From contig OY762492.1 of assembly GCA_963665845.2 (NCBI GenBank), positions 1,600,001 to 1,664,000 of the forward strand: a stretch of 64,000 bases of DNA, given 5' to 3'. The position numbers and the translations under genes are program-made. Shown here in pieces: positions 28,638 to 39,625 of this stretch (the first letter of the stretch is position 1; the number at the start of each line of letters is the position of its first letter). This stretch comes from Candidatus Poribacteria bacterium. GTDB taxonomy: Bacteria > Poribacteria > WGA-4E > GCA-2687025. Below the pieces are notes generated by a model. The model had not been told where the DNA came from. It saw only the letters and a list, made by a program, of their open reading frames with translations, and made no database searches.

Positions 28638-29696
28638 TCAGGATTTTGGCGCGTCGGCTGATGATTCTGTCTCTTTCTCTTTCAGGGTCTTCACCTTTCG
28701 GCGTTTGACGACCGTATGCCCTTTCGTTCCATGGACGGCGCGAAACAGGTCCAGCGCCGCTTCTCCCGACCGCGGACCGAAGCCGGTGAAATAGAGTCCG
28801 TCAATGGATACGACCCGCTTGTTTTTCCCGGCGGGCGTGTGCGCCAGAGCCGGCAATTTCAGCAGCCCCTCCACGCCGCCAATCGATTGGAGACCGGCGA
28901 TGAAGAGTAGATAAACGTCAGGGCGCGCGGCCAGAACCGCCTCGGCGGTCATCGGTTTGACGCCCTTGAGAGCCTCCGCGGCGTTCACGGCGCCGACCGC
29001 GCGTATCATCGCGTCCGCCGCTGTCTTTTTGCCCATCACAAAAGCGGTCTGCGGTCCGCGCAGGTACATAAACAGAACGCGCGGTTTCGGTTTCTCCTTC
29101 CGCGTCTCGATTTCCGCCTTCAACTTCTTGAGATCGCCGTCCATCTTCTTGACGAGTTCGGCGGCGGTCTTGTCCGCGCCGACCGCCTTGCCGATTTTCA
29201 ACAACCGCCGCTTCGCGTCTTTGAAGTTCAACGGCTCTTTCAGCAGCAGGACGGTAACGCCCGCCATGCGCAGCTGTTCAATCACCTGCGGCGGTTTCAC
29301 ATTCTCCTTTCCAACGGCGAGAGTCGGTTTCAACGAAAGAATGCCCTCCGCGTTCAGCTGATACTGATACCCGACGCTTGGAAGCGTCTTGAGTACATGT
29401 ACAGGGTAGGTGGAGGAGGAGTCGCAGCCGACGACCCGATCTCCCGCGCCCAGCGCGAAGAGGATCTCGGTGACGCTTCCGTTCAGGCTGACGATGCGCT
29501 CTGAGGAAGCGACCGTCACCTGTTTTTTGTCCGCGTCTTCGACGACAGGAGCCTTCGCCGCGGAGGGCATGGCTGCGGCCAAGAAGGCTGCAGCCAACGC
29601 CCAACTCCAGCGGAGCGTCCGCTTAGAAATTGAGGCTGCCGTCCGGCTGATGGACGTACTTAAAGGAGACATGTCCGCTGTCCGTTTTGTTTTCAT
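28638..29696 (-). CDS. hmuT: Heme ABC transporter substrate-binding protein (start uncertain)
   Basis: RIVSLNGSVTEILFALG, VGYQYQLNAEGILSLKP, GFGPR. Confidence 0.9.
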   Translation of the reverse strand: MKTKRTADMSPLSTSISRTAASISKRTLRWSWALAAAFLAAAMPSAAKAPVVEDADKKQVTVASSERIVSLNGSVTEILFALGAGDRVVGCDSSSTYPVHVLKTLPSVGYQYQLNAEGILSLKPTLAVGKENVKPPQVIEQLRMAGVTVLLLKEPLNFKDAKRRLLKIGKAVGADKTAAELVKKMDGDLKKLKAEIETRKEKPKPRVLFMYLRGPQTAFVMGKKTAADAMIRAVGAVNAAEALKGVKPMTAEAVLAARPDVYLLFIAGLQSIGGVEGLLKLPALAHTPAGKNKRVVSIDGLYFTGFGPRSGEAALDLFRAVHGTKGHTVVKRRKVKTLKEKETESSADAPKS

Positions 29697-30234
29697 TGTC
29701 TTTGTAGTACCCGGTGAATTGGATTTTGGCGTAGGTCCCGTCCGCCGCTTTGACGACGAAGACGCGGTCTTCGATCGGCAAGATCCAGTGGGTCGGCGGA
29801 CCTGTATAGGTGTACCAGCCCTGCCCGCTGGAGGCGATGATGGCGAGGGCGTCGTCTGAATCGACCGCGTAGCCGCTGCCAGGCGCCGTTTTTACGGCGT
29901 CAAAGGCGGTTCCGTCCAGAAGAACGGCGGCTCCTTTGCCAGGTCCGCTGACCCCGCCGTTCAGTTTCACTTTCGTTTTCTGAAAGCCGAGGTCCCATTC
30001 GGTTGAGTTTTCCGCGTCCGCCGGCTCCACGGCGCCGTTGACGAGGGAGAAGTACGCCCATGCTTCCGCGTCAGTCGCGTTGATCGTCGCGGTCTTCACG
30101 GTCAGCGCCGCGGGCGGATCGGTCGGGCCGGGGTCCGGTTCCAGGGGCGTTTCCGTATCGTCTCCGCACCCTGCGACCAGCGCCGCGCTCAAAAGCAGCG
30201 CCGCCCATGTCGATCGGTATCGAGATTGCGTCAT
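29623..30234 (-). CDS. hmuY: HmuY-family heme-binding lipoprotein
   Basis: Lipobox LVAGC; WAYFSL, WDLGF, GWYTY, VFVVKAADGTYAKIQFTGYY. Confidence 0.88.
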   Translation of the reverse strand: MTQSRYRSTWAALLLSAALVAGCGDDTETPLEPDPGPTDPPAALTVKTATINATDAEAWAYFSLVNGAVEPADAENSTEWDLGFQKTKVKLNGGVSGPGKGAAVLLDGTAFDAVKTAPGSGYAVDSDDALAIIASSGQGWYTYTGPPTHWILPIEDRVFVVKAADGTYAKIQFTGYYKDNENKTDSGHVSFKYVHQPDGSLNF

Positions 30235-30260
30235 CGGTTTTCCTTTCGGAGTTTTGGAGT

Positions 30261-32153
30261 TTAATGCGTGTAGGACAGCCCTAACTGAAAGCGCCGTCCG
30301 TAGAACGTGTAGTACTGCGGAATTTCGAAATCGAAAAGGTTGTGGAATCCGGCGGAAACTTTGAACGCCTCCAAGAAGGTCTTGCTGGCGCGCAGGTTCC
30401 AGATCCAGTATCCAGGGGCGTACTCTTCCGGCTCAAGAACGCGGTCGCCGTCGTCGTAAAGCCCCCATTTGCCGGCGTACCTCCCAAACAGATGGACGCG
30501 CAGACCGCTCCCGCCGTGTCGATACGCCGCCGACAGATTTCCCGTATGCGCGGAGCGGTTCAAAAGCGGCATCTCGGTCAGCTTGTTTTCGGCGCGCAGG
30601 TAGGCGTACCCAACGCGGAACGAGAACCCCGCATATTCCGCCGTTTCGATTTCCGCCTCAACGCCCTCGGTGAACGCCTCGCTGATGTTCTGGTACTGGT
30701 ATTTGGAGCCGCCGCCCGCCGTTTTCCCGATTCGATCCGCCTCAATCAGATTTTGGAGGTCGTTGCGGTAGTAACGCAGCTCCAGATCGACTCGGCGCGG
30801 GACCGCGTATTCCACCGCTAGATTCCAGTTCCGAGACGATTCTGGAACCAGATCAACGTTCCCAAGTACTTGATACCCGGAGGATATGTTGGTGAAATCG
30901 AGATACAGATCCTTGAAGTCGGGCGCGCGGAAACCTCCGCCGCTTGAAGCGCGCAGGCGCATCCGGTCGGTCGCCTGAAACAGCGCGCTCAACTTCGGGC
31001 TAAAATGGGAACCGTAGACGGAATGGATGTCCATCCTCGCGCCTGCGGTCAGCGTAAATCGCGGCATGGGGCGGTATTCGGCTTGCGCGAAGAGCGCCTG
31101 CGTTGACGCATCCCGTTCGCCGCCGTCGATGCGCTGCGATTCTAGCTGCTCGTAGGCGGTCTCGGCGCCGGCGACAAGCGTTGCGCGGCGGTGTACAAGC
31201 GCGTTCAGCTGCAGATGGCCTTTCAGCAGGTCATGAATGTTCAGGTTGCGGTCGGCGAGATCGCCGCTGCCGCGTATCTGGATGATGGATTCATCGTCGT
31301 AACGGGTCGCATACAGCTTGGCGAACAGTTGCGCGGATGGATGAAGCTGCCGCTCCAGCGCCGCGCTTGCGTTGAAGCTGCGTATGGAGCCGAGTCGTTC
31401 AAACAGGACGCCGTCGTTTTCGCTAAGCCCGTCCTGCTCTTGGGCGAGGCTTTGCGCGAACAGCTCAAGCCGCGTTTTATCGTTCAGACGGCCCGCCGCC
31501 CTTCCGGAAAAGGTCAGATTCGCGTACCCGTCCAGGTCAGTGGAAGCGTTGGACGGAACCAGATCGATAGCGCTGCGTGAGTTTCGAGCGAACGAGAGGA
31601 GCGCGTTGAACCGCCCCTCGCTCCATTCGAGGCTGCCGCGGCTGTCGAGTCCTTGATGCGGTTCGAGCGACTGGGACAGCTGCGCCGCGAACGGCTTGCC
31701 GGCTTTGCGCGTGATGATGTTCACGACGCCGGCGAGCGCGTCGCTGCCGAACAGCGCGGAGGAGGCACCTTTCACGATTTCGATCCGCTCAATGTTTTCA
31801 ATCGGAATACGAGCGAGGTCGATCTTGCCGGCGATGCGTCCGACCATCGGCTCTCCATCGATGAGGATGAGAACATACTCGGAGCCGAGACCTTGCAGTT
31901 GGACGCCGTCCCCGTGTCCGTCGCGGTCAATGATGACGCCTGTATGGTTTTCCAACGCTTCGCCGACATTTTCGGCTCCCGCCGCTTCGATCTCATCGCG
32001 CGTTATGATCTGCGTGGATGCGGCGGCGCTGTTTTGAAGCTGCTCCATTCTGGAGGCGGTGACGACAATCGGCTCCAGCGGCTCCTGCGCGGATGCGGAC
32101 GCCGCATAAAGCAGCAAAGCGATCCACAGAGCGGGTTTCTTAAGAGGCGTCAT
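30261..32153 (-). CDS. TonB-dependent (heme) receptor
   Basis: IVVTASR TonB box; plug ERIEIVKGASSALFGSDALAGVVNIIT; FRAP and N.DL.PE motifs. Confidence 0.93.
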   Translation of the reverse strand: MTPLKKPALWIALLLYAASASAQEPLEPIVVTASRMEQLQNSAAASTQIITRDEIEAAGAENVGEALENHTGVIIDRDGHGDGVQLQGLGSEYVLILIDGEPMVGRIAGKIDLARIPIENIERIEIVKGASSALFGSDALAGVVNIITRKAGKPFAAQLSQSLEPHQGLDSRGSLEWSEGRFNALLSFARNSRSAIDLVPSNASTDLDGYANLTFSGRAAGRLNDKTRLELFAQSLAQEQDGLSENDGVLFERLGSIRSFNASAALERQLHPSAQLFAKLYATRYDDESIIQIRGSGDLADRNLNIHDLLKGHLQLNALVHRRATLVAGAETAYEQLESQRIDGGERDASTQALFAQAEYRPMPRFTLTAGARMDIHSVYGSHFSPKLSALFQATDRMRLRASSGGGFRAPDFKDLYLDFTNISSGYQVLGNVDLVPESSRNWNLAVEYAVPRRVDLELRYYRNDLQNLIEADRIGKTAGGGSKYQYQNISEAFTEGVEAEIETAEYAGFSFRVGYAYLRAENKLTEMPLLNRSAHTGNLSAAYRHGGSGLRVHLFGRYAGKWGLYDDGDRVLEPEEYAPGYWIWNLRASKTFLEAFKVSAGFHNLFDFEIPQYYTFYGRRFQLGLSYTH

Positions 32154-32502
32154 GGCTTTCTCCATGCGCGTTGGCGTCGGGCTTTTCGGTCGGCGTTGAG
32201 GAGTCGAAGAGCAGTTCATGGAGCTCCAATTTGTTGGGTTTGGTGAAGGCTTCTTTGGGGAGCGTTCTGGATCGGGCGTGACCTTTTTTGAAAGCGTCGG
32301 AGTCGACCCAGTTTTCAAAGTCGCTGCGCGATTTCCAGACCGTGAAGACGATGTAGGGATCCTCTTCTTGTACGGGTCTCATGATGTAGTTGAGAACGAA
32401 GCCGGGCATTTCGTCGACCAGCCGAGCGCGGTTTTTGAATCGGTCCTCAAAGGCGCCTCGGTACTTTGGATCGACATAGATTCGGTTGGCGACAGTGAAC
32501 AT
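32140..32502 (-). CDS. ABM-family putative heme-degrading monooxygenase (IsdG/HmoA-like)
   Basis: VANRI, FEDRF, MPGF, W.S..DFENWV.SDAF..GH. Confidence 0.85.
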   Translation of the reverse strand: MFTVANRIYVDPKYRGAFEDRFKNRARLVDEMPGFVLNYIMRPVQEEDPYIVFTVWKSRSDFENWVDSDAFKKGHARSRTLPKEAFTKPNKLELHELLFDSSTPTEKPDANAHGESHDAS

Positions 32503-32515
32503 GGTTTGTTTCCTT

Positions 32516-33175
32516 TCATTGCGTGTTTCGGTCGGGATGGACGCTGGGTTTTTGCCGCGGCGGTTTATGAAAATGAGACTTATTCTCTTTATTCGGGCAG
32601 CGTTCGGTTGGCAAACGCAGCCGCTCCGGCAGCAGATCGCCCATGCGCGACTGCAAACGCTTCCGCGCCTTATGGAGCAGCCACCGCGCCGTTCCCACCT
32701 TCTTTCCCATCGTTTCCGCAATCTGATCATGCGACATTTTTTCGAAGACGCGAAGTCGAATCACGAGGCGCTCGCTTGGAGGCAGTCGGCGGAATTCATC
32801 GCAGAAACGGTTCCAAAGCTCCTCGTATTCAACCATCTCAAGCGGGGACGGGCTGCCGTCCGGCTGCGATTCAAGCCGCTCATCGCCGACCTCTTGACGC
32901 GCTTTGCGCCGTCTCAAGAAGTCGAACGCCCCATTTCGCGCAATGACAGCGATCCAGCCATGAAACGATGTCCCGACCTGGTACGACTCGAGCCGGGCGT
33001 ACGCCTTCATAAAAGTATCTTGGGAGAGGTCGCGGGCGTCTTCTATGTTGCGGACGATGCCGTAAATCTGCTGTATTGTGCGGCGCTGGTAGCGGCGCAT
33101 CAACGTTTCAAAGGCGGCATGGTCGCCGCCCCGCGCCCTCTCCACAAGAATGTCGTCATGTTCGATCAAGGACAT
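32516..33175 (-). CDS. ECF sigma factor
   Basis: DARDLSQDTFMKAY, SFHGWIAVIARN, region 4 HTH. Confidence 0.9.
   Translation of the reverse strand: MSLIEHDDILVERARGGDHAAFETLMRRYQRRTIQQIYGIVRNIEDARDLSQDTFMKAYARLESYQVGTSFHGWIAVIARNGAFDFLRRRKARQEVGDERLESQPDGSPSPLEMVEYEELWNRFCDEFRRLPPSERLVIRLRVFEKMSHDQIAETMGKKVGTARWLLHKARKRLQSRMGDLLPERLRLPTERCPNKENKSHFHKPPRQKPSVHPDRNTQ
32574..32595. promoter_or_regulatory. Fur-box-like operator (copy 1)
   Basis: TGAGACTTATTCTCTTTATTCG, identical to 33246-33267; resembles AATGAGAATnATTCTCATT. Confidence 0.6.
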
Positions 33176-33245
33176 AGAGCATCCTCTCTGTATATGTATA
33201 AACGCAGGCGCGGCGTTTCCGTTGGCAGATTTTCATAAAAGATAT

Positions 33246-33267
33246 TGAGACTTATTCTCTTTATTCG
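33246..33267. promoter_or_regulatory. Fur-box-like operator (copy 2), upstream of the ECF sigma gene
   Basis: Identical 22-mer. Confidence 0.6.
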
Positions 33268-33273
33268 CGTATA

Positions 33274-33308
33274 GAAAACGCTGGGAGGGCGCCCTCCCAG
33301 CGCATTTC
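33274..33308 (-). terminator. Hairpin terminator after the dnaK-ABM unit
   Basis: CGCTGGGAGGG-CG-CCCTCCCAGCG followed by TTTTC on the minus strand. Confidence 0.65.
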
Positions 33309-33319
33309 AATGCAGCCGC

Positions 33320-33640
33320 TCACTCGCCGGCGCGGGACGCGTCCAAAAACACCTCATGGATCTCCAGCTTGTTCGGACCCGAAAAGGCTTCTTTCGGCAG
33401 CGTCCCCGACTTCGCATGCCCCTTGCGGAAGGCGTCCGAATTCACCCAGTTTTCAAACGCCTCCATCGACTCCCACAAGGTGAAGACGATATACGGATCG
33501 CCCTCCTCGGTCGGGCGCAGGACGTAATTCGTGATGAAGCCCGGCATCCCGTCCACCATGCGGGCGCGGTTTTTGAACCGCTCCTCAAACGCCTCCCGGT
33601 ATTCGGCGCTGACAGAGATGCGGTTGGCGACAGAAATCAT
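33320..33640 (-). CDS. Second ABM-family monooxygenase paralog
   Basis: Highly similar to 32140-32502. Confidence 0.85.
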   Translation of the reverse strand: MISVANRISVSAEYREAFEERFKNRARMVDGMPGFITNYVLRPTEEGDPYIVFTLWESMEAFENWVNSDAFRKGHAKSGTLPKEAFSGPNKLEIHEVFLDASRAGE

Positions 33641-33680
33641 ATGTTCTCCCTCATGTGAAGTTGCCTCGCCGTCCGGCGCC

Positions 33681-35657
<1,977 letters not shown>

Positions 35658-35669
35658 ATTCAATTCCTT

Positions 35670-36095
35670 TCAAAAGTCTCGTTTTTTTCGGACGATGCGC
35701 CTCTTCCACCGCAGAATGAAACGCCGGCGCTGAACCGGCGAACGATGCGCCTTCGTCAGCCATTTCTTTAGGCAGTTCAGATCGACAGGCTTTTTGAAAT
35801 AAGCGGACGCCCCCGCCCTGCAAGCTTCGTAAATCGCGTCTTCGGACGGATTGCCGGTGATGAGCGACATCGGAACCCCAGGACGCATCCGCTGGAGAGA
35901 CGCCATCAGCTGCGCCCCGTTGATGTCCGGCAGATCGTAGTCGATAAGGCATGCGTCGATACGGTACTTCCGATACGCCGCCGCCGCTTCGGAGGCGTTT
36001 TGCGCGCACATGGGAGCGTATCCCGCTTGACGCAAGGCGCGTTCAAGGGCGGCTCTGACCGAATCGTTGTCATCTACAATCAATACCGTTCTCAC
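35670..36095 (-). CDS. Single-domain response regulator with basic C-terminal tail
   Basis: LIVDD, IDYDLPDING, ITG, KP. Confidence 0.88.
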   Translation of the reverse strand: MRTVLIVDDNDSVRAALERALRQAGYAPMCAQNASEAAAAYRKYRIDACLIDYDLPDINGAQLMASLQRMRPGVPMSLITGNPSEDAIYEACRAGASAYFKKPVDLNCLKKWLTKAHRSPVQRRRFILRWKRRIVRKKRDF

Positions 36096-36147
36096 AGCGG
36101 TTCAATCCGCGTTTGGGTTGACAATGCGGCGCCGTCGTCAGCCTATA

Positions 36148-36163
36148 AGCAATTTGAGCGCCA
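36148..36163 (-). promoter_or_regulatory. Sigma54 -24/-12 promoter
   Basis: Minus strand reads TGGCGCT-CAAA-TTGCT. Confidence 0.65.
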
Positions 36164-36221
36164 AGCCGCGCGCCGCATGGTTCTTTTATTTTAGCAGATA
36201 ATCTTCTCATAGCATAGGCCA

Positions 36222-36908
36222 TTATGGCGCCGTTGTGTCAGGACGGCACACCCCGACCCACCCTGGATACGGCAGCCAGCGATGCACAGCCCGCGCCTTC
36301 TCCAGCCGCCAGCCCGCCTCTAGAAACGCCGCGCGCCACTCCTCCATCGCGCGGTAGGTCATCGGCTCCGTCTGGCGTATTCCGTAATACTGAACGGCGC
36401 TTTTGAGACGCTCCTCCGCCTGCGTGAACCGCAGTTTCCACCGCGGCGAGGCGGCGGAGTCTTTCACCAACAGAACGGCGTCGGAACGGGCATGTCGGCG
36501 CGCCGCTTTCAGAATATCGATCTGGCTCTCCGGCGAAAAGTACAGCAGCGCGTCCGCAAAAATATAACCGCTCCAAGGCGCGTCGGTTGAGCGCAGCGCG
36601 TCCCGTATGTCGGCATGTTGAAAGCGGGCGTTCGGCGGCGCCGCGCTCCGCATCGCCGTTTCGATCCGTTTTTGAGACAGGTCCGCGCCGACAGCGGTTC
36701 TATCGGGGCAGCGCGCCATCCAATGCGTCAACCCGCCGTGTCCGCAGCCGGCGTCCAGCGCGTTTCCGTCCGCCGGCAAAAACTCCTCCGCCAAACGCAG
36801 CAGCGGGCGCAGCGCTGTCAACCGCGCCCAGATGAGCGCCCGCGTCCAGACCGACGCCCGCGGATACTGCATGCATACCCAGCGGAAGCTCGGATTCTTA
36901 CGGGGCAT
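36222..36908 (-). CDS. Class I SAM-dependent methyltransferase
   Basis: LDAGCGHG, GADLS motifs. Confidence 0.85.
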   Translation of the reverse strand: MPRKNPSFRWVCMQYPRASVWTRALIWARLTALRPLLRLAEEFLPADGNALDAGCGHGGLTHWMARCPDRTAVGADLSQKRIETAMRSAAPPNARFQHADIRDALRSTDAPWSGYIFADALLYFSPESQIDILKAARRHARSDAVLLVKDSAASPRWKLRFTQAEERLKSAVQYYGIRQTEPMTYRAMEEWRAAFLEAGWRLEKARAVHRWLPYPGWVGVCRPDTTAP

Positions 36909-36935
36909 GGAAAACCGCAGACACGCTTATTCCGG

Positions 36936-37122
36936 TAGTACGCTCATATGGGGATATTCGCGGCGCCGCGTCCGATTCCCCCCTTGAAAAGGGGGGCTAG
37001 GGGGGTTTAAAGGACGGGCGCGGCGGCTGCGAAGCCTTAAGATTCCCGCTTGCGCGGGAATGACGGCGGGTTGCGCGAACGCTTTAAGGTCAAAAAGGGA
37101 ATATCCCCGAGTGGGCGTACAG
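36936..37122. mobile_element. ~187-bp MITE (family E) enclosing B and A repeats
   Basis: TIRs GTACGCTCAtatGGGGATATTC / GAATATCCCCgagTGGGCGTAC. Confidence 0.7.
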
Positions 37123-37126
37123 CCTT

Positions 37127-37690
37127 TCATTCCGCGCCTTTCTCCTCTGAAGGCGATTCCTTCGCGCGCGGGCTGAATTTCAACGCTACAGAGTTGATGC
37201 AGTAGCGCGTTCCAAGCGGCTCCGGTCCGTCGGGAAACACATGCCCTAAATGAGAATCGCAGCGGGCGCATTTCACTTCAAACGTTCCCGGCCATGGCGC
37301 CATCGGGTCGACCGCCTTGACGAGGCTCTTGTCGGCGACCGGCTTTGTGTAGCTTGGCCAGCCGGTTCCCGACCTGTATTTGTCGGTCGAATCGAACAGC
37401 GGCGCCTCGCACGCCCCGCACAGATATTTCCCGTCCTCTTTATGGTTCCAGTACTCGCCTGAAAAGGCGCGTTCGGTGGCGCTTTTGCGAAGCACCTGAT
37501 ACGCCGTCGGAGAGAGCTGGGCGCGCCATTCGGCGTCCGTTTTGACCACCTTCTCCGCTTTAGCCGCCGTTTTGATCTTCGCCGCCGTCTCCGCTTCGGC
37601 TCCCCGCTTCGTTATCGCCATTTCGCTCTGTTCAGCGCCGCCGCACGCGAGCGCGCCGATTAGCGCCAGCGCCGCAAGTGTGTGTTTCAT
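37127..37690 (-). CDS. msrB: Peptide-methionine (R)-S-oxide reductase, lipoprotein-type signal
   Basis: TERAFSG, SGTGWPSY, SHLGHVFPDGP, RYCINS; GALAC lipobox. Confidence 0.95.
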   Translation of the reverse strand: MKHTLAALALIGALACGGAEQSEMAITKRGAEAETAAKIKTAAKAEKVVKTDAEWRAQLSPTAYQVLRKSATERAFSGEYWNHKEDGKYLCGACEAPLFDSTDKYRSGTGWPSYTKPVADKSLVKAVDPMAPWPGTFEVKCARCDSHLGHVFPDGPEPLGTRYCINSVALKFSPRAKESPSEEKGAE

Positions 37691-37763
37691 CCTGTACCGC
37701 TCCGTTCAATGTGGCATACTAATAACGTACGAACGCATTTCAACGCTCTCTGGTGGACATGAA

Positions 37764-39035
37764 TTGAAACCGAAAAAGATCGTTTTTGCAACCTTCGGCA
37801 CGATGGGCGACGTCCGCCCCTATCTTGCAGTCGCCGCGGAGCTTCAAAAGCGGGGGCATGAAACCATCCTCGGCGGCATGGCTCCTCATCGAGAGATGAT
37901 CGAATCGGCGGGCGTTTCATACAGGCTCATTCCGCCCGATCTGGAACATGTCAAGGACGATCCAGAGGCGGTGCGCAGCCTGATGAATCCTCGAACTGGC
38001 AGCTTCGTTTTGATGCGAAAGTATGTGATCCCGGCGACGCGCGAGGCGTATGCGAGCCTGTCGGAGTTCGCGTCGGACGCCGATCTGATTGTCGCGCATC
38101 CGATTTCGTTTGCGGCGGCAATGTTTGCCGAAAAACATAGCATTCCGTGGGTATCGACCTCGCTGGCGCCGTTGTCTTTCTTTTCGGTGTACGATCCGCC
38201 TGTCATTCCAACGGCGCCGGAGCTGGCGCGCCTGCGCTCTTTAGGTCCTGGGTTCAATGCGCTTCTGGCGCGTTTCATGCGGCTTTTTACAAGAAGCTGG
38301 TCAGCGGAGCTGCGGAGAATACGGCGAGAGTTCGACCTGCCCGACAAGCGCGGCGACCTGTTTTTCAACGGCCGTTACTCTCCGCTCATGACGCTCGCCA
38401 TGTTCTCGCCGCTGCTGGGAAAACCGCAGCCAGACTGGCCGCCCAACACGGTCATAACGGGTCTGCCGATGGTAGACCTGGAAAAGGAGCCGCCGATGGA
38501 GCCGCGCGTACAGGCGTTCATGGAGGAGGGAGAGCCGCCGATTCTGTTCACGCTCGGATCGGCGGCTTCGCAAGGCGCGGGCGACTATTATCAGGTGAGC
38601 GCGGAAGCGGCGCATCGCGTCGGGCGGCGCGCTCTGCTGGCGGGAACGGCGGGAGAGGGTCCGTACCCTGGCGAGGTCTGCCTAGCGGGGTATATCCCGT
38701 ACGCCGAGGCGTTTGAAAAAGCGGCGGCGGTCGTCCACCATGGCGGCGTCGGGACGACGCAGCTGGGGCTGCGCTCTGGAAAGCCGACGCTCATCGTGCC
38801 GTTTTCGCATGACCAGCCGGACAACGCGGCGCGCGCGAAGCGCCTGGGCGTCTCGTTAACGCTGCCGCGTAAGCGCTATAAGGCAGGTTCCGTTGCGAAG
38901 GCGTTGTCCCGCTTATTGACAGAGCCGAGCTTCGCTCAACGCGCCGCCGAGGCGGGCGAACAGATACGGCAAGAAAACGGCGCCGCAACAGCCGCAGACG
39001 CGCTGGAGACGCTGCTGACAGAGAAACGACCTTGA
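37764..39035 (+). CDS. GT1 glycosyltransferase (RhlB/sterol glucosyltransferase-like)
   Basis: GTMGDVRP, HHGGVGTT, PFSHDQPDNA. Confidence 0.9.
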   Translation: MKPKKIVFATFGTMGDVRPYLAVAAELQKRGHETILGGMAPHREMIESAGVSYRLIPPDLEHVKDDPEAVRSLMNPRTGSFVLMRKYVIPATREAYASLSEFASDADLIVAHPISFAAAMFAEKHSIPWVSTSLAPLSFFSVYDPPVIPTAPELARLRSLGPGFNALLARFMRLFTRSWSAELRRIRREFDLPDKRGDLFFNGRYSPLMTLAMFSPLLGKPQPDWPPNTVITGLPMVDLEKEPPMEPRVQAFMEEGEPPILFTLGSAASQGAGDYYQVSAEAAHRVGRRALLAGTAGEGPYPGEVCLAGYIPYAEAFEKAAAVVHHGGVGTTQLGLRSGKPTLIVPFSHDQPDNAARAKRLGVSLTLPRKRYKAGSVAKALSRLLTEPSFAQRAAEAGEQIRQENGAATAADALETLLTEKRP

Positions 39036-39625
39036 CAGCGGCGCCGACTACTCTCCCCCCTTGAAAAGGGGGCAGGGGGGTTTTGAGCGGGCGGGTTGCG
39101 CTTGGTTTTGAACTAGGATTAAAGGATTAGTAAGATTGCCAAGAGAACGGCGCGCGGAATTTTCTTGGCAATCTTTTCAATCTTGGCAATCCTAGTTCAG
39201 ACGACAACAGCGGCGCCGACTACTCTCCCCCTTGAAAAGGGGGCAGGGGGGTTTTGAGCGGGCGGGTTGGGCTTGGTTTTGAACTAGGATTAAAGGATTA
39301 GTAAGATTGCCAAGAGAGCGGAGAGCGGAATTTTCTTGGCAATCTTTTCAATCTTGGCAATCCTAGTTCAGACGACAACAGCGGCTAAGATTCCCGCTTG
39401 CGCGGGAATGACGGCGGGTAGGATGGACGATTGGGTGAACGCGGGCGGTTTTGGCGGCGCCTCTGGATTCCCGCTTGCGCGGGAATGACGGCGGGTAGGA
39501 TGGACGATTGGGGTGAACGCGGACGTTGTCTGTTGGACTCTGGATTCCCGCTTGCGCGGGAATGCATGTCCTCGCGGAAGCGGGGAACGGTCTGGTCGGC
39601 GGCGCCTTTTTCCCATGAATAATCG
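39036..39625. repeat. Composite repeat: ~171-bp tandem duplication (B+C)x2, three A palindromes, partial D
   Basis: Family C at 39109-39199 and 39280-39370; family A at ~39389, 39466 and 39543. Confidence 0.88.
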
